Origin: Patescibacteria group bacterium AH-259-L05
Lineage (GTDB): Bacteria > Patescibacteriota > Patescibacteriia > UBA2591 > UBA6264
NCBI GenBank assembly: GCA_027717985.1
Contig: JALLOO010000004.1
Span: 1-62,586 of the forward strand
Reading direction: 5' to 3'
DNA: 62,586 bases
Shown here: in pieces, positions 1 to 9,865 of the stretch
How the letters are laid out: each line of letters begins with the position of its first letter
Numbering within the stretch: position 1 is the stretch's first letter
The notes under the pieces: generated by a model
The model's input: only the letters and a program-made list of their open reading frames with translations
The model's database searches: none
Told to the model about the DNA's origin: nothing
Made by a program: the position numbers and the translations under genes

Positions 1-17
1 GACATAATAGCATAAAT

Positions 18-101
18 GCCGAGGTGGTGAAATTGGAAAACACGCATGATTCAAAATCATGTGGGCGCAAGCCCTTGAGGGTTCAAGTCCCTCCCTCGGC
101 A
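18..101 (+). tRNA. tRNA-Leu(CAA)
   Basis: Acceptor stem GCCGAGG/CCTCGGC, anticodon arm CATGA-TTCAAAA-TCATG, long variable arm GGGC-GCAA-GCCC, T arm GAGGG-TTCAAGT-CCCTC; CCA not encoded. Confidence 0.97.
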
Positions 102-128
102 CTTTAAAATATTTTAACATTTAATTTT

Positions 129-1076
129 ATGGCAGAACAATCAGAAAAATATGCGCCAGAAAAGGAACAAAATTTTGCTGAACAACTTTGTAAACAAGCA
201 AATGATTATTTGCAAAATATTGCTTTTCCTCAATTTAAAAAATTACAAAAAAATTTCAAAACGTTTAGTGAGGAAATCGAAGCAAAAATAAAGTCCAAAA
301 AAAAAATAACACAAGACGAATTATATAAATTTCGTCAAGTTGGAAAGGAGGTTAATGTAGGGGTAGATAAAATACTAGCTGGGAGCGAACAATTGGACAA
401 GGAAAATTTCATGTTAACAAATCTACTAATGATGCGCACTCGTGGACTCAAAAATCAATTATTTGGGAATCTCTATGAGAGAGACGACCCAGAATCTTAT
501 ACGCATCAATTAGAGGCCTATATAGAAACAGGTGAAAAGGCCCCGCGATTAAATCTTCCTGCCATGAATTTAGATGAATTAAAGTTTATCCCTGAAAATC
601 TAGTACCTGTAAAAGATAGTGTAAGTGGAATAGGAAACCGTTCATTTTTTGCTGCTCTTGCAAGAGAGGGCATACGAGAGAGGGATGATATAAACATCAA
701 TCTTTCTCCTGCAACCATTGATGAGGAGAAGTTTTCTATTGCCCATCTTCCAGACTTCACAACTGAAGCCTTTCAAGAATTGATAAGGAACGCGGTTGAT
801 GCAATGCCGAGCGGCGGTACCATAGAGTATAAAGAAAAAAAACAAGGAGACAATCTTGTTATAACCATCTCAGATACGGGCAAGAGTATCTCACCGGAAA
901 ATCTTAAAAAAATCTTTGAAAAAGGACTTACCACAAAAGCTAAGGAAACAGGCATGGGCCTACCACTTGTTAAAACCTATTTTGAGGACATATTAGGCGG
1001 TAAATTTGAAATAAAGAGCAAAGAAGGAAAAGGTACAACTGTAACGATCGCGCTTCCCCTATCAAAGGAAAAATAA
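129..1076 (+). CDS. Histidine-kinase-like HATPase_c domain protein without a clear H-box
   Basis: C-terminal N box ELIRNAVDAM, G1 DTGKSI, F box IFEKGLTTK, G2 GMGL and EGKGTTV. Confidence 0.75.
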   Translation: MAEQSEKYAPEKEQNFAEQLCKQANDYLQNIAFPQFKKLQKNFKTFSEEIEAKIKSKKKITQDELYKFRQVGKEVNVGVDKILAGSEQLDKENFMLTNLLMMRTRGLKNQLFGNLYERDDPESYTHQLEAYIETGEKAPRLNLPAMNLDELKFIPENLVPVKDSVSGIGNRSFFAALAREGIRERDDININLSPATIDEEKFSIAHLPDFTTEAFQELIRNAVDAMPSGGTIEYKEKKQGDNLVITISDTGKSISPENLKKIFEKGLTTKAKETGMGLPLVKTYFEDILGGKFEIKSKEGKGTTVTIALPLSKEK

Positions 1077-1085
1077 AAGAATTCT

Positions 1086-1604
1086 ATGACTCATAAACAT
1101 CCTTTTGATGAATATATAGATCTTGTTGATGAACATGATAATGTTATTGGAAAGAAAAAACGATCTGAAATCTATGCAAAAAATCTATCAAACTTCAGGG
1201 TCGTAGATGCTTTTATTATAAACTCAAAAAAGGAAATCTGGATACCGCGACGTACTGTCAATAAAAGAATCTTTCCCCTGTGCTTAGATACGAGTATGGG
1301 CGGGCATGTTGAAACCGGCGAAACATACGAACATGCATTTAAACGAGAGATGAGAGAATAATTAAATATTGATATCGAAAAGACGCCATATCACTTCTTG
1401 GGGTATCTCACGCCACATAAGCATGGTGTTTCAGCATACACAAAAGTATATGAAATACAGATAGATCGTGCGCCAAATTATAATAAAGATGATTTTGTTG
1501 AGTACTTCTGGCTCACGCCAAAAAAACTATTTCAAAAAATAAAAAGTGGTGACAAAGCAAGGGGCGATCTGCCCAAATTAGTAAAATTTTTTTATGGAGC
1601 TTAA
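1086..1604 (+). pseudogene. NUDIX hydrolase (IDI/YfcD-like) interrupted by an in-frame TAA at 1359-1361
   Basis: ORFs 1086-1361 and 1398-1604 share one frame; Nudix box reads GGHVETGETYEHAFKREMRE*LNI. Confidence 0.85.
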
Positions 1605-1613
1605 AAATAAACT

Positions 1614-2429
1614 ATGAAAACTACACTGATTAAAGCATTAAAAATTGCAGGGAAAATTTCTATGAAATATTTTGGAAAGATTGATACCGTTAAAACAAAA
1701 GAAAATCATAGTGATATTGTGACTCAAGCAGATCTTGAAGCTGATAAAGCAATTATTAAAACCATTACGGAACACTTTCCCAATCATAGTATTATCTCCG
1801 AAGAAACTGGATTTATTAACCCAGGATCAGACTATATTTGGCTTGTTGATTCCATTGACGGAACTTCGGGGTATGCCGCAGGCACTCCTTATTTTGGGAC
1901 CATTATTGGGGTATTGCAAAACTACCAACCGGTAATGGCAGGTATGTATCTACCTTTTTATCATGACCTGTACTTTGCAGAAAGAAATAAAGGCGCGTAT
2001 TGCAATGGTAAAAAAATATCAGTCACTGCTGAGACCAATTTAAAAAATGTACTGGTTGCACATTCCCTAAACTTTTCTAAAACTAAGGCACATATACAAC
2101 GAGATATAAATATTATAAAACAGGTAATTTTAAATGCACGCGCACATCGAGCCACGAATTGTTTAATTGATTATTGCTATACTGCTGATGGACGCTTTGG
2201 CGCAGTTATTCAACAATCAAACCATATATGGGAAGCACCGGCGCATTATCTTCTTATAAAAGAGGCAGGCGGTATTGCAACAGAGATAAATGGCAGACCA
2301 CTTAATTTTTATGTTGATCAAAGCAATTATACCAAAGAGTTCACTATTATTGGCGCAAATAAAACATTGCATTCAAACCTTTTAAAATTAATTGCTAAAG
2401 CCTACACTACCCGTTACAAGCTTTCATAA
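1614..2429 (+). CDS. Inositol monophosphatase family protein (SuhB-like)
   Basis: VTQAD, SEE, WLVDSIDGT, WE-x-PAH-LL-EAGG motifs. Confidence 0.9.
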   Translation: MKTTLIKALKIAGKISMKYFGKIDTVKTKENHSDIVTQADLEADKAIIKTITEHFPNHSIISEETGFINPGSDYIWLVDSIDGTSGYAAGTPYFGTIIGVLQNYQPVMAGMYLPFYHDLYFAERNKGAYCNGKKISVTAETNLKNVLVAHSLNFSKTKAHIQRDINIIKQVILNARAHRATNCLIDYCYTADGRFGAVIQQSNHIWEAPAHYLLIKEAGGIATEINGRPLNFYVDQSNYTKEFTIIGANKTLHSNLLKLIAKAYTTRYKLS

Positions 2430-2445
2430 ACAAAAATTACATAAC

Positions 2446-2475
2446 AAAAAATCGGACACCAGGATGCCGATTTTT
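2446..2475. terminator. Bidirectional intrinsic terminator
   Basis: AAAAAATCGG...CCGATTTTT hairpin between convergent genes. Confidence 0.6.
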
Positions 2476-2497
2476 GTTTTTATGTCTAATAAGACTG

Positions 2498-3367
2498 TTA
2501 CACCTCTATATTTAAAAATGTTCGTACTAAAAATCCAATAATAAAAGTAAAGAGAGCAATAGATAAGCTCAATCCAGCCATTTCAATAAACCGTTTTTTA
2601 AATGAAATAGTTTTTACGGTCGAAACATAAAACGTAAAAATAGAAATAACAATAAGCGCATTAAAAATTGCCCATCCAAGGGAAATATAAATATTGTTTA
2701 CAATAAGGTATGGAAAAATAAGAAAGAGTACCGTAGATACATAGGCAACTCCGGTATAGATCGCTGCGGTAAGCGGATTCCGTTTCCCGCCTTCTGCACG
2801 GGTAGACAAATACTCAGACGCACCCATAGACAGTGAGGCCGCAATACCAGTGATAAATCCAGCAGCCCCAATAAGTTTTGCATTCTGAAGCGCTAAGGTC
2901 AACCCTGCTAATGCTCCGGTTAATTCTACCAACGCATCATTTAATCCTAATACCATTGAACCAATATATTTTAATTTTTCCTCCCCGATCATATCAATCA
3001 ATTTTTGTTCATGCTGATCTTCCTCTGCAACAAATTTTTGAGCTTCGGGAAAGAGTGTAAAAATCTTTTTATATCTTTCTTGTGATTGTTTTTCTCCTCC
3101 CTCCATAAGCTTAATACCAAAGGTAATGCCAAATATTTTTGAAAGCACATAATACCACCATATGGTAATCCTTTTTGGTCTTACCTCCTTTTTGGTTATT
3201 TCTTTCCAAAAGGTATAGTGTTTGAGCTCATCATTGGCAATATGCTTGAGAAGCTTTCTATTGTCCTCATTCTTTATAGCATTCGCCAGCTTAGTATAAA
3301 TAACATGGTGCGTAATCTCATCACGCTGCGCAGCTATGATTTGTTTTTTGGTTTGTTTATCAAGCAT
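2498..3367 (-). CDS. Ferritin-like (rubrerythrin) domain fused to VIT1/CCC1 iron transporter
   Basis: N-terminal ExxH pairs (DEITHH, DELKH, EEDQH); C-terminal GLNDALVE and SLSMGASEYLS VIT1 motifs with TM helices. Confidence 0.9.
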   Translation of the reverse strand: MLDKQTKKQIIAAQRDEITHHVIYTKLANAIKNEDNRKLLKHIANDELKHYTFWKEITKKEVRPKRITIWWYYVLSKIFGITFGIKLMEGGEKQSQERYKKIFTLFPEAQKFVAEEDQHEQKLIDMIGEEKLKYIGSMVLGLNDALVELTGALAGLTLALQNAKLIGAAGFITGIAASLSMGASEYLSTRAEGGKRNPLTAAIYTGVAYVSTVLFLIFPYLIVNNIYISLGWAIFNALIVISIFTFYVSTVKTISFKKRFIEMAGLSLSIALFTFIIGFLVRTFLNIEV

Positions 3368-3407
3368 ACCTTAATGATACCATAAATTTTATAATTGAGG
3401 AATCTGA

Positions 3408-3440
3408 AAAATCCTTGAAATTAATAATTTCAAGGATTTT
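3408..3440. repeat. Perfect intergenic palindrome with 16-bp arms
   Basis: AAAATCCTTGAAATTA-A-TAATTTCAAGGATTTT. Confidence 0.85.
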
Positions 3441-3527
3441 CCCAAGATTCTGAGATTAGTTATGTGCCGAAGGCACATGTCCAATTTGTAACCCTATATC
3501 AAAAAATCAGAAGACCGATCTTCTGAT

Positions 3528-3875
3528 TTAGAGCAATATATATGTAAACACTGCTGTATTGCGAAACCACGGATACGATTCCAATGTATCCTCAATATAT
3601 GGCTTTAAAACTTTCAAACCTTCTTCCTTGGTCCGATACCGCGGCCATATATAAATTGCAGGTTGTTTTTCATCTCTTGATACCGAAATCAACAACAACG
3701 CAGCAAGTTTTTCCTTTCCAAATCGTGCAATAATACCACGCGCTTCCTCAAACGATTTTTCCTTAGTGTAATAGTGCGGATCATAATACAGACAGTATGT
3801 AGTTTTTGCACCGTTTTTCATGTAAAAACAAAGTTCATATCCACTATTCGGTCTTGATAATCCTTGATCTGACAT
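3528..3875 (-). CDS. Hypothetical protein
   Basis: ORF preceded by AAGGAGG and its own TTGACG promoter. Confidence 0.65.
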   Translation of the reverse strand: MSDQGLSRPNSGYELCFYMKNGAKTTYCLYYDPHYYTKEKSFEEARGIIARFGKEKLAALLLISVSRDEKQPAIYIWPRYRTKEEGLKVLKPYIEDTLESYPWFRNTAVFTYILL

Positions 3876-3939
3876 CAATGCCTCCTTTAATAGTCTACAA
3901 TGAACATCTTTTTATATAATAACCCTAAAACACAAATGA

Positions 3940-4016
3940 CGTCAAGGGGTATTGACAAATTATACACTTCCTCTATATTATATAATATAAGTTCTTTTCA
4001 TATAAACCAAAAGGAG
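3940..4016. promoter_or_regulatory. Back-to-back divergent sigma70 promoters; the plus-strand one is followed by boxA-like AGTTCTTTTCAT and an SD
   Basis: CGTCAA-N6-TTGACA (3940-3957), TATATT/TATAAT at 3974-3986, motif 3990-4001, AAGGAG 4011-4016. Confidence 0.7.
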
Positions 4017-4022
4017 AATATC

Positions 4023-5924
4023 ATGAGTGATATCAAAAAAAAGATGGGCAAGAGTATAGCCTTTGCAGAAGAACAGCGTGATACACGGCGTCTTGAAGGA
4101 TTTGCTGCTGATCTGTTTCGCGGTAAAGCAAACTTTGATCTACTTGACCCATGGTATACCCAACCAGAAGCAGAACGTCAAAAAGTAGAAGTCTTAGCAC
4201 AGAAATTTGAAAACTTCCTTACCGCACGCATTGATCCAGATAAGGTTGATCGAACTGATGAATTGCCGCCTGGAGCAATTGACTGGCTTTCTGATCATGG
4301 CTTTTTTGCATTGAAAAATCCAAAAAAATACGACGGACACGAATTATCACAAACAAGTTATAATAAGCTCATGGGTTTGAATAGCAGCTGGTGCGGAGGC
4401 ATTACTGCACTACTCTCAGCTAACAATACGATTGGCGTGGGTTTTCCTTTGAAAAAGTATGGAACACCAGAACAAAAAGAAAGGTTTTTAAAAACCGTTG
4501 GCAAGTCTCCTTCTGGATTTTCGTTTACTGAAGAAAAAGCAGGATCTGACCCCTCAAGTATGGAAGCGTATGCTGTACGGATACGTGATGCCGATGGCAA
4601 TGTTATCGGCTATGAAATCACTGGGGAAAAATGGTGGACGACCAACGCACCGCTCAATCATGAAGAGTTTCTTGCACCATATTTGTGTGTAGTTGTCAAA
4701 ACTGTAGACAAACCCGAGGATATACAAGACGAGAATTATAAGCCAGTATTTAGTGCCTTTTTTGTTCCGACTGATTTAGATGGAGTAGGGATAAAGCAGA
4801 GATGTAAGTTTCAGGGACTGCGCGGTATGTATAATGGTATCCCCCTGTTTAATCGTGTCTATGTACCGAAAAATCACCTCATAGGTGAAAAAGAAGGAAC
4901 TGGCTTTCGGATTGGTCTTGAAGCATTAAATACGGGGCGTATTTCTATCGCGGCCTCCTGTACTGCAATTTCAAAGCAATGCTTGCTTCTTGGACGCTGG
5001 TGGGGAAAAACCAGAGAACAATGGGGAAAACCTCTTGGCTATCATGAATTGCTTGGTAGCGGAATGCTTGCTTCAGGTATAGCTGATACTCTCGCAATGG
5101 AGGCAATGGTGAACTTTACCTCAGGACGACTTGATCAGGGGTTTGACACGCGACTCGAGGCAGCAATATGTAAAGTATTTGCATCTGAACGCGGCCAGAC
5201 AATAGTAGATAATACAGCACAGATATTTGGTGGTCGTGGATATGAAACAGCAAGCTCACTTGCGCGCCGTGGTGAACCACCACTGCCGGTAGAGCGTACT
5301 CTCCGGGACTTCAGGCCAGAACGTATTTTTGAAGGACCTACTGAAGTATTAGAGCTCTATGTCGTACGCGAAGGAACTGATAAATGTAAAAGGATGGGCG
5401 AAACCGTTAAGTATTCAAAAGATTGGGGGAAAAAATTAAAAGCTGCTGCTTTTTTCCCAGAAAGATACTTACTGCTCAAATTCCCCAGACGTATACCTGA
5501 TCACGTAGAAAAAAATATTGATCAGAAATTGTATAAACATGCCATCTTTGTAGAAAAAAATACGCGGAAATTCGCAAGAGCGATCATTGCAACCTATCTT
5601 AGATATCGAACAAAACTTATGCATAAGCAACTGGTGTTTGATCGACTGTTTTGGATCGCTGCCGAACTAAATGCGATGAGTATGGTATGCCTCTATGGAA
5701 CTCTCCTTGCAGAAAAATACGGTGAACAGTTCATCGATCTCGCAAACTTCTACTGTTACGAAGCACGCAATAATATCTATCAGAAACCGTTATTTAAATC
5801 TCTTAAGAAAAATAACGACGCGCTTGCCCGAAAGATTGCAAATGCACTTTTAGACGGTGCCTATGACGAGTGGCTGAAAGAAGATATTATCTCTTTTGTT
5901 CATGAACATGGATTATTGAAATAA
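4023..5924 (+). CDS. fadE: Acyl-CoA dehydrogenase (long, VLCAD/FadE-like)
   Basis: FTEEKAGSD, GEKWWTTNA, LNTGRI, QIFGGRGY, RIFEGPTE (catalytic Glu); start at the SD-preceded ATG 4023. Confidence 0.92.
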   Translation: MSDIKKKMGKSIAFAEEQRDTRRLEGFAADLFRGKANFDLLDPWYTQPEAERQKVEVLAQKFENFLTARIDPDKVDRTDELPPGAIDWLSDHGFFALKNPKKYDGHELSQTSYNKLMGLNSSWCGGITALLSANNTIGVGFPLKKYGTPEQKERFLKTVGKSPSGFSFTEEKAGSDPSSMEAYAVRIRDADGNVIGYEITGEKWWTTNAPLNHEEFLAPYLCVVVKTVDKPEDIQDENYKPVFSAFFVPTDLDGVGIKQRCKFQGLRGMYNGIPLFNRVYVPKNHLIGEKEGTGFRIGLEALNTGRISIAASCTAISKQCLLLGRWWGKTREQWGKPLGYHELLGSGMLASGIADTLAMEAMVNFTSGRLDQGFDTRLEAAICKVFASERGQTIVDNTAQIFGGRGYETASSLARRGEPPLPVERTLRDFRPERIFEGPTEVLELYVVREGTDKCKRMGETVKYSKDWGKKLKAAAFFPERYLLLKFPRRIPDHVEKNIDQKLYKHAIFVEKNTRKFARAIIATYLRYRTKLMHKQLVFDRLFWIAAELNAMSMVCLYGTLLAEKYGEQFIDLANFYCYEARNNIYQKPLFKSLKKNNDALARKIANALLDGAYDEWLKEDIISFVHEHGLLK

Positions 5925-5933
5925 TCACAACTA

Positions 5934-5963
5934 AAAATGTCCTGAAACGTTTCAGGACATTTT
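5934..5963. terminator. Bidirectional terminator / perfect palindrome
   Basis: AAAATGTCCTGAAAC-GTTTCAGGACATTTT between convergent fadE and fadA. Confidence 0.75.
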
Positions 5964-5968
5964 GTTTT

Positions 5969-7195
5969 TTAATACAGGAGTTTAAAAATTGCCGCTGCGC
6001 CCATACCGAGTCCAATACACATCGTTACCATAAGGTACTGACTATTTCTTCTTCGCGCTTCATTGATTCCTTTAATGGTAAGGTACGCACCAGTACATCC
6101 TAACGGATGGCCTAGTGCAATTGCACCGCCGTTAACATTTAATCGATCCAGTGGCATCTCAATTCCTTTTTCACTCTTTAACCGTTTAATCACCGAAATT
6201 ACCTGAGAGGCAAATGCTTCGTTTAATTCAATCAAATCTATATCATCCATAGTCAAGTGAGCGCTTCTCAAGGCCCTATCAATCGCATTCACCGGCCCAA
6301 TGCCAAAGATCTCAGGAGATACACCAGTAACCTTATAAGTGACAAGCCGAGCTAAGGGCTCTAACCCCGTACGCTCTGCCTCATCTAAGGTCATTATCAG
6401 TACTGCTGCTGCGCCATCACTCTTCTGTGATGAATTCCCTGCCGTAACGGTACCTGTGCCATCTATCTTAAAAACTGGTGGTAACTGCGCTAAGACTTCG
6501 AGCGATGTATCTTTGCGCGGGCACTCATCAATTTTTGCCTCGGATTCTTCAACGACCCTATTTCCTGATACATCAAGAGATACGTTTCGTACTGGGTAAG
6601 GCAGAATTTCAGATTTAAATTTATTTTCCTCTAATGCTTTCAGCGCTTTTTGATGAGAGTGAAAAGCAAATTCATCTTGCTCTTCTCGAGTACTGCTATC
6701 TTGTTTGGCTAAAACTTCCGCGCCTAATCCCATTGACGTATAGGTTTCTTCTTGTTCTTTCGCCAGATACGGATTCGGCGCATATCGGGTTCCGCCCATG
6801 GGAACCATAGACATACTTTCTACACCACCGGCAATAGCAACCGTTTCTAGTCCTACCGCAATATCTGTTATCTTATCAACAATAGCCTGAAGACCAGAAG
6901 AACAAAAACGATTAATCGTAGCACCCGGTATTTCAACAGGCAAACCAGCTCTTAATACTGCCACCCGAGCTACATCCATCCCTTGTTCTGACTCGGGAAA
7001 CGAACATCCAAGTCTCACATCTTCAACCGTATACGGATCAATTCCTGTACTCTCTACTATTCCTTTAAACACATGAGCGGCAAGATCATCAGGACGGGTA
7101 TTTTTAAAAACACCTCTGTTTGCTTTTCCAATTGCGGTACGGTATCCAGCAACAATAACTACGTCTTTCAATAAGTTTCTTTGATCCTTATTCAT
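5969..7195 (-). CDS. fadA: Acetyl-CoA C-acyltransferase (3-ketoacyl-CoA thiolase)
   Basis: INRFCSSGL, NEAFA, GGAIALGHPLGCTG, MCIGLGMG catalytic motifs. Confidence 0.96.
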   Translation of the reverse strand: MNKDQRNLLKDVVIVAGYRTAIGKANRGVFKNTRPDDLAAHVFKGIVESTGIDPYTVEDVRLGCSFPESEQGMDVARVAVLRAGLPVEIPGATINRFCSSGLQAIVDKITDIAVGLETVAIAGGVESMSMVPMGGTRYAPNPYLAKEQEETYTSMGLGAEVLAKQDSSTREEQDEFAFHSHQKALKALEENKFKSEILPYPVRNVSLDVSGNRVVEESEAKIDECPRKDTSLEVLAQLPPVFKIDGTGTVTAGNSSQKSDGAAAVLIMTLDEAERTGLEPLARLVTYKVTGVSPEIFGIGPVNAIDRALRSAHLTMDDIDLIELNEAFASQVISVIKRLKSEKGIEMPLDRLNVNGGAIALGHPLGCTGAYLTIKGINEARRRNSQYLMVTMCIGLGMGAAAIFKLLY

Positions 7196-9705
7196 TTTCT
7201 GCCTCCTTTCTTTAAAACATTTAATCGAGAAAGTGTATTTTTTGCTTTGAGTCCCAGTCCTAACATTTTTAATGATTTGATGCTTTTACCAATTCGATTC
7301 GCGATTCGTTCAAGCGTTTGATCTTGTGTGGCCAAAAACATCATTGCCTCACGTTCGCGATCAAGGACCACTTGCTCTGAAACGCGCTCGGGTTCACTTA
7401 AATCTCCACCAGTTAAGACTTTAACAATTTGAGTTGCAATCACCTCATCATATTCACCAATCACTCCTCCTTCTCTCATCAAGTAAAGTCCGGATTTGAG
7501 TGCACTGTAGAGTCGCTCGCCATATAGTATTACGCTTTGCTGTCGTGGAGGCTGATAATTTCTAGACAAGGTGAGTACCAATTGCTTTGCTTCGGCAATC
7601 AAGCGGTCTTTATTCATAACAATCACATCACTCTCTCTTAAATATCCTAGTTCTTTAGCTTCAAACGCTGAGGTAGATACTTTTGCCATACCAATAGTCA
7701 TTAGTGTCCTTTGGATAAATGGTAAGGGATCAAATTCGCGCTTGAGTCCTAAATCATGAGGGACATTCTCAAAGGTTCTCAATAACATTTCTTTTGTTCC
7801 ACCTCCGGCAGGAATTAAACCAACTGCAACCTCGACAAGACCCATATAGGTTTCATGTGCTGCGCACACCATATCGGCATGAAGACATACTTCGCTTCCG
7901 CCGCCAAACGTAACACCAAACGGTGCTGCGACTACCGGCTTGGGCATATATTTTAATGCCATATTCGCGTCCTGAAACTCCTTTAAAAAACGCTCAACTT
8001 TATCTTCCTTTCCTTCAAGCAGTGTCTTGACAATTAATTTCAGATTTGCGCCTGCGGAAAAATGCTCGCCATTATTACCAATTACCAATCCTTTGCATGC
8101 ATCATTTGTGCTTGCCTCTTCTGCCGCAGTATACATCATAGAAATGGCATCTAAACCAATCGTATTCATTTTTGAATGAAACTCCAAGCACCACACGCCG
8201 TCTCGCATGTCAATCAAGCTTGCCTCACTGTTCTCTTCAATAACATGTCCTGTATCTTTTAGGTCTTTGAGAATAATAACCCCTTCTGGTCTGTTTAATT
8301 TCTCATACTGTCTGTTATTACAACCAAAAAAGTATGTTGTTCCATTTTCGCTAAAATAAAATGACTTACGCTTGGTCTTTAACACATCGTTAGCAAGTGC
8401 GGGAACTGGTTGTTTATTTTTCTCTAAGAGCTTAACTACTTCAGATACACCTAAGGCATCCCAGATTTCAAACGGGCCTAACTCCCATAAAAATCCTTTT
8501 TTCATGGATAGATCAACGGCAACAATATCATCAGCAACTTCAGACACATATTCAGCTGCATGAGATAAAGTGGATAAAAGCGTTTTTTGAAGATATGATG
8601 CTACGCGGTCTTCCCCATTGATAAGAAACTTGATTCGCTGGGCAGTATCTATGATCTTTTTCCCTTGCTTAATGCTTTTGAACTTTGGCTTTTTCCGCGG
8701 ATGATACTCCAGGGTTTGAGGATCAACAGCCAGTATTTTACTCTTTTGTCCTTCTCGCTTGATTTTTTCATAAAATCCTTTTCCTGCCTTTTGTCCGATC
8801 CATCCGTTAGCAACCAATTGATTGACAAACTCAGGAAGAACCAGTGTTTCTTTATAAAAGTCGTCGGGAAGCGCTTCATGAAGATTGTTTACCACGCTGG
8901 CGACTATATCAATTCCCACCACATCAAGAGTGCGAAAGGTTGCACTCTTAGGCCAACCAATGGCCTTGCCCGTAATCGTGTCAACCTCTTCAATACTATA
9001 GCCATCTTCTATCATTGCAGAGATATTCTTTACTACGCCAGGGATCGCAATACGATTGGCAATAAAGCCAGGAACATCATGCGCAATAACTACGGTTTTA
9101 CCAAGTCTTTGATCACAAAAATCACTGATATACGCCAACACTTCTTTACTGGTCTCATTCGTAGGAATCATCTCTACAATAGCCTGATAGCGCGGGGGGT
9201 TAAAAAAGTGTGTTCCTAAAAAATTCTTGCGTAGATCATCAGGTAATACTTGAGCTAACGTAACCAAGGGAATTCCTGACGTATTTGAACTAATAATGGT
9301 ATCGGGGGAAACTATATCAGCTACCTGACGGAAAAGTTTATGTTTAATATCTACCTTTTCAACCACTGCCTCTATAACCCAATCTACGTCCTTTAGTTTT
9401 TCAAGATCGTCATTCCACTCAACATTTTCAAGTTTTTCTCGCGAATCACTAAAACTGCCAATCTCGATCAATTTGGCAAATTCAGACAACGCAAATGGGG
9501 TCGGATTTAACGACTTTGCCATTGCCAGTCCTTTGAGCACAAGAGAATTTCTATTTGCTGCATCTTCGAGTTCATCACTATCAAACTCCCAGTCAGGAAT
9601 CACATCTAAAAGTAACACGTCGCATCCGGCATTAACAAGATGGGCAGCAATTTGGCTTCCCATCACACCAGCGCCTAACACACCGACTTTTCTGATACTT
9701 GTCAT
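7192..9705 (-). CDS. 3-hydroxyacyl-CoA dehydrogenase / enoyl-CoA hydratase (FadN-type domain order)
   Basis: GAGVMG Rossmann motif, SNTSGI, HFFNPP, GFIANR; C-terminal crotonase FSAGANL, GGGSE, GLVEVAVGLIPAGGG; ATGA overlap with thiolase. Confidence 0.95.
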   Translation of the reverse strand: MTSIRKVGVLGAGVMGSQIAAHLVNAGCDVLLLDVIPDWEFDSDELEDAANRNSLVLKGLAMAKSLNPTPFALSEFAKLIEIGSFSDSREKLENVEWNDDLEKLKDVDWVIEAVVEKVDIKHKLFRQVADIVSPDTIISSNTSGIPLVTLAQVLPDDLRKNFLGTHFFNPPRYQAIVEMIPTNETSKEVLAYISDFCDQRLGKTVVIAHDVPGFIANRIAIPGVVKNISAMIEDGYSIEEVDTITGKAIGWPKSATFRTLDVVGIDIVASVVNNLHEALPDDFYKETLVLPEFVNQLVANGWIGQKAGKGFYEKIKREGQKSKILAVDPQTLEYHPRKKPKFKSIKQGKKIIDTAQRIKFLINGEDRVASYLQKTLLSTLSHAAEYVSEVADDIVAVDLSMKKGFLWELGPFEIWDALGVSEVVKLLEKNKQPVPALANDVLKTKRKSFYFSENGTTYFFGCNNRQYEKLNRPEGVIILKDLKDTGHVIEENSEASLIDMRDGVWCLEFHSKMNTIGLDAISMMYTAAEEASTNDACKGLVIGNNGEHFSAGANLKLIVKTLLEGKEDKVERFLKEFQDANMALKYMPKPVVAAPFGVTFGGGSEVCLHADMVCAAHETYMGLVEVAVGLIPAGGGTKEMLLRTFENVPHDLGLKREFDPLPFIQRTLMTIGMAKVSTSAFEAKELGYLRESDVIVMNKDRLIAEAKQLVLTLSRNYQPPRQQSVILYGERLYSALKSGLYLMREGGVIGEYDEVIATQIVKVLTGGDLSEPERVSEQVVLDREREAMMFLATQDQTLERIANRIGKSIKSLKMLGLGLKAKNTLSRLNVLKKGGRK

Positions 9706-9865
9706 TTTCTACTCCTTTTTGTAATGAACGTTTACATCCGCGATGTGCAAGATGTAATCGTATTATATCAATTGTGGATATTGTGTCAATGCTTATTGAC
9801 ATATTATGTTACTATATGGTATAATAATATTAAATCTGTTCAATACAAAATAGGAGGAAATTAAT

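Noticed and set aside
1359-1361. Stop-codon recoding or alternative genetic code
   Set aside because: TAA, TAG and TGA all end well-conserved genes here; this is an isolated case
18-2429. tRNA-Leu as attachment site of an integrated element
   Set aside because: No integrase and no duplicated tRNA 3' end seen in the window
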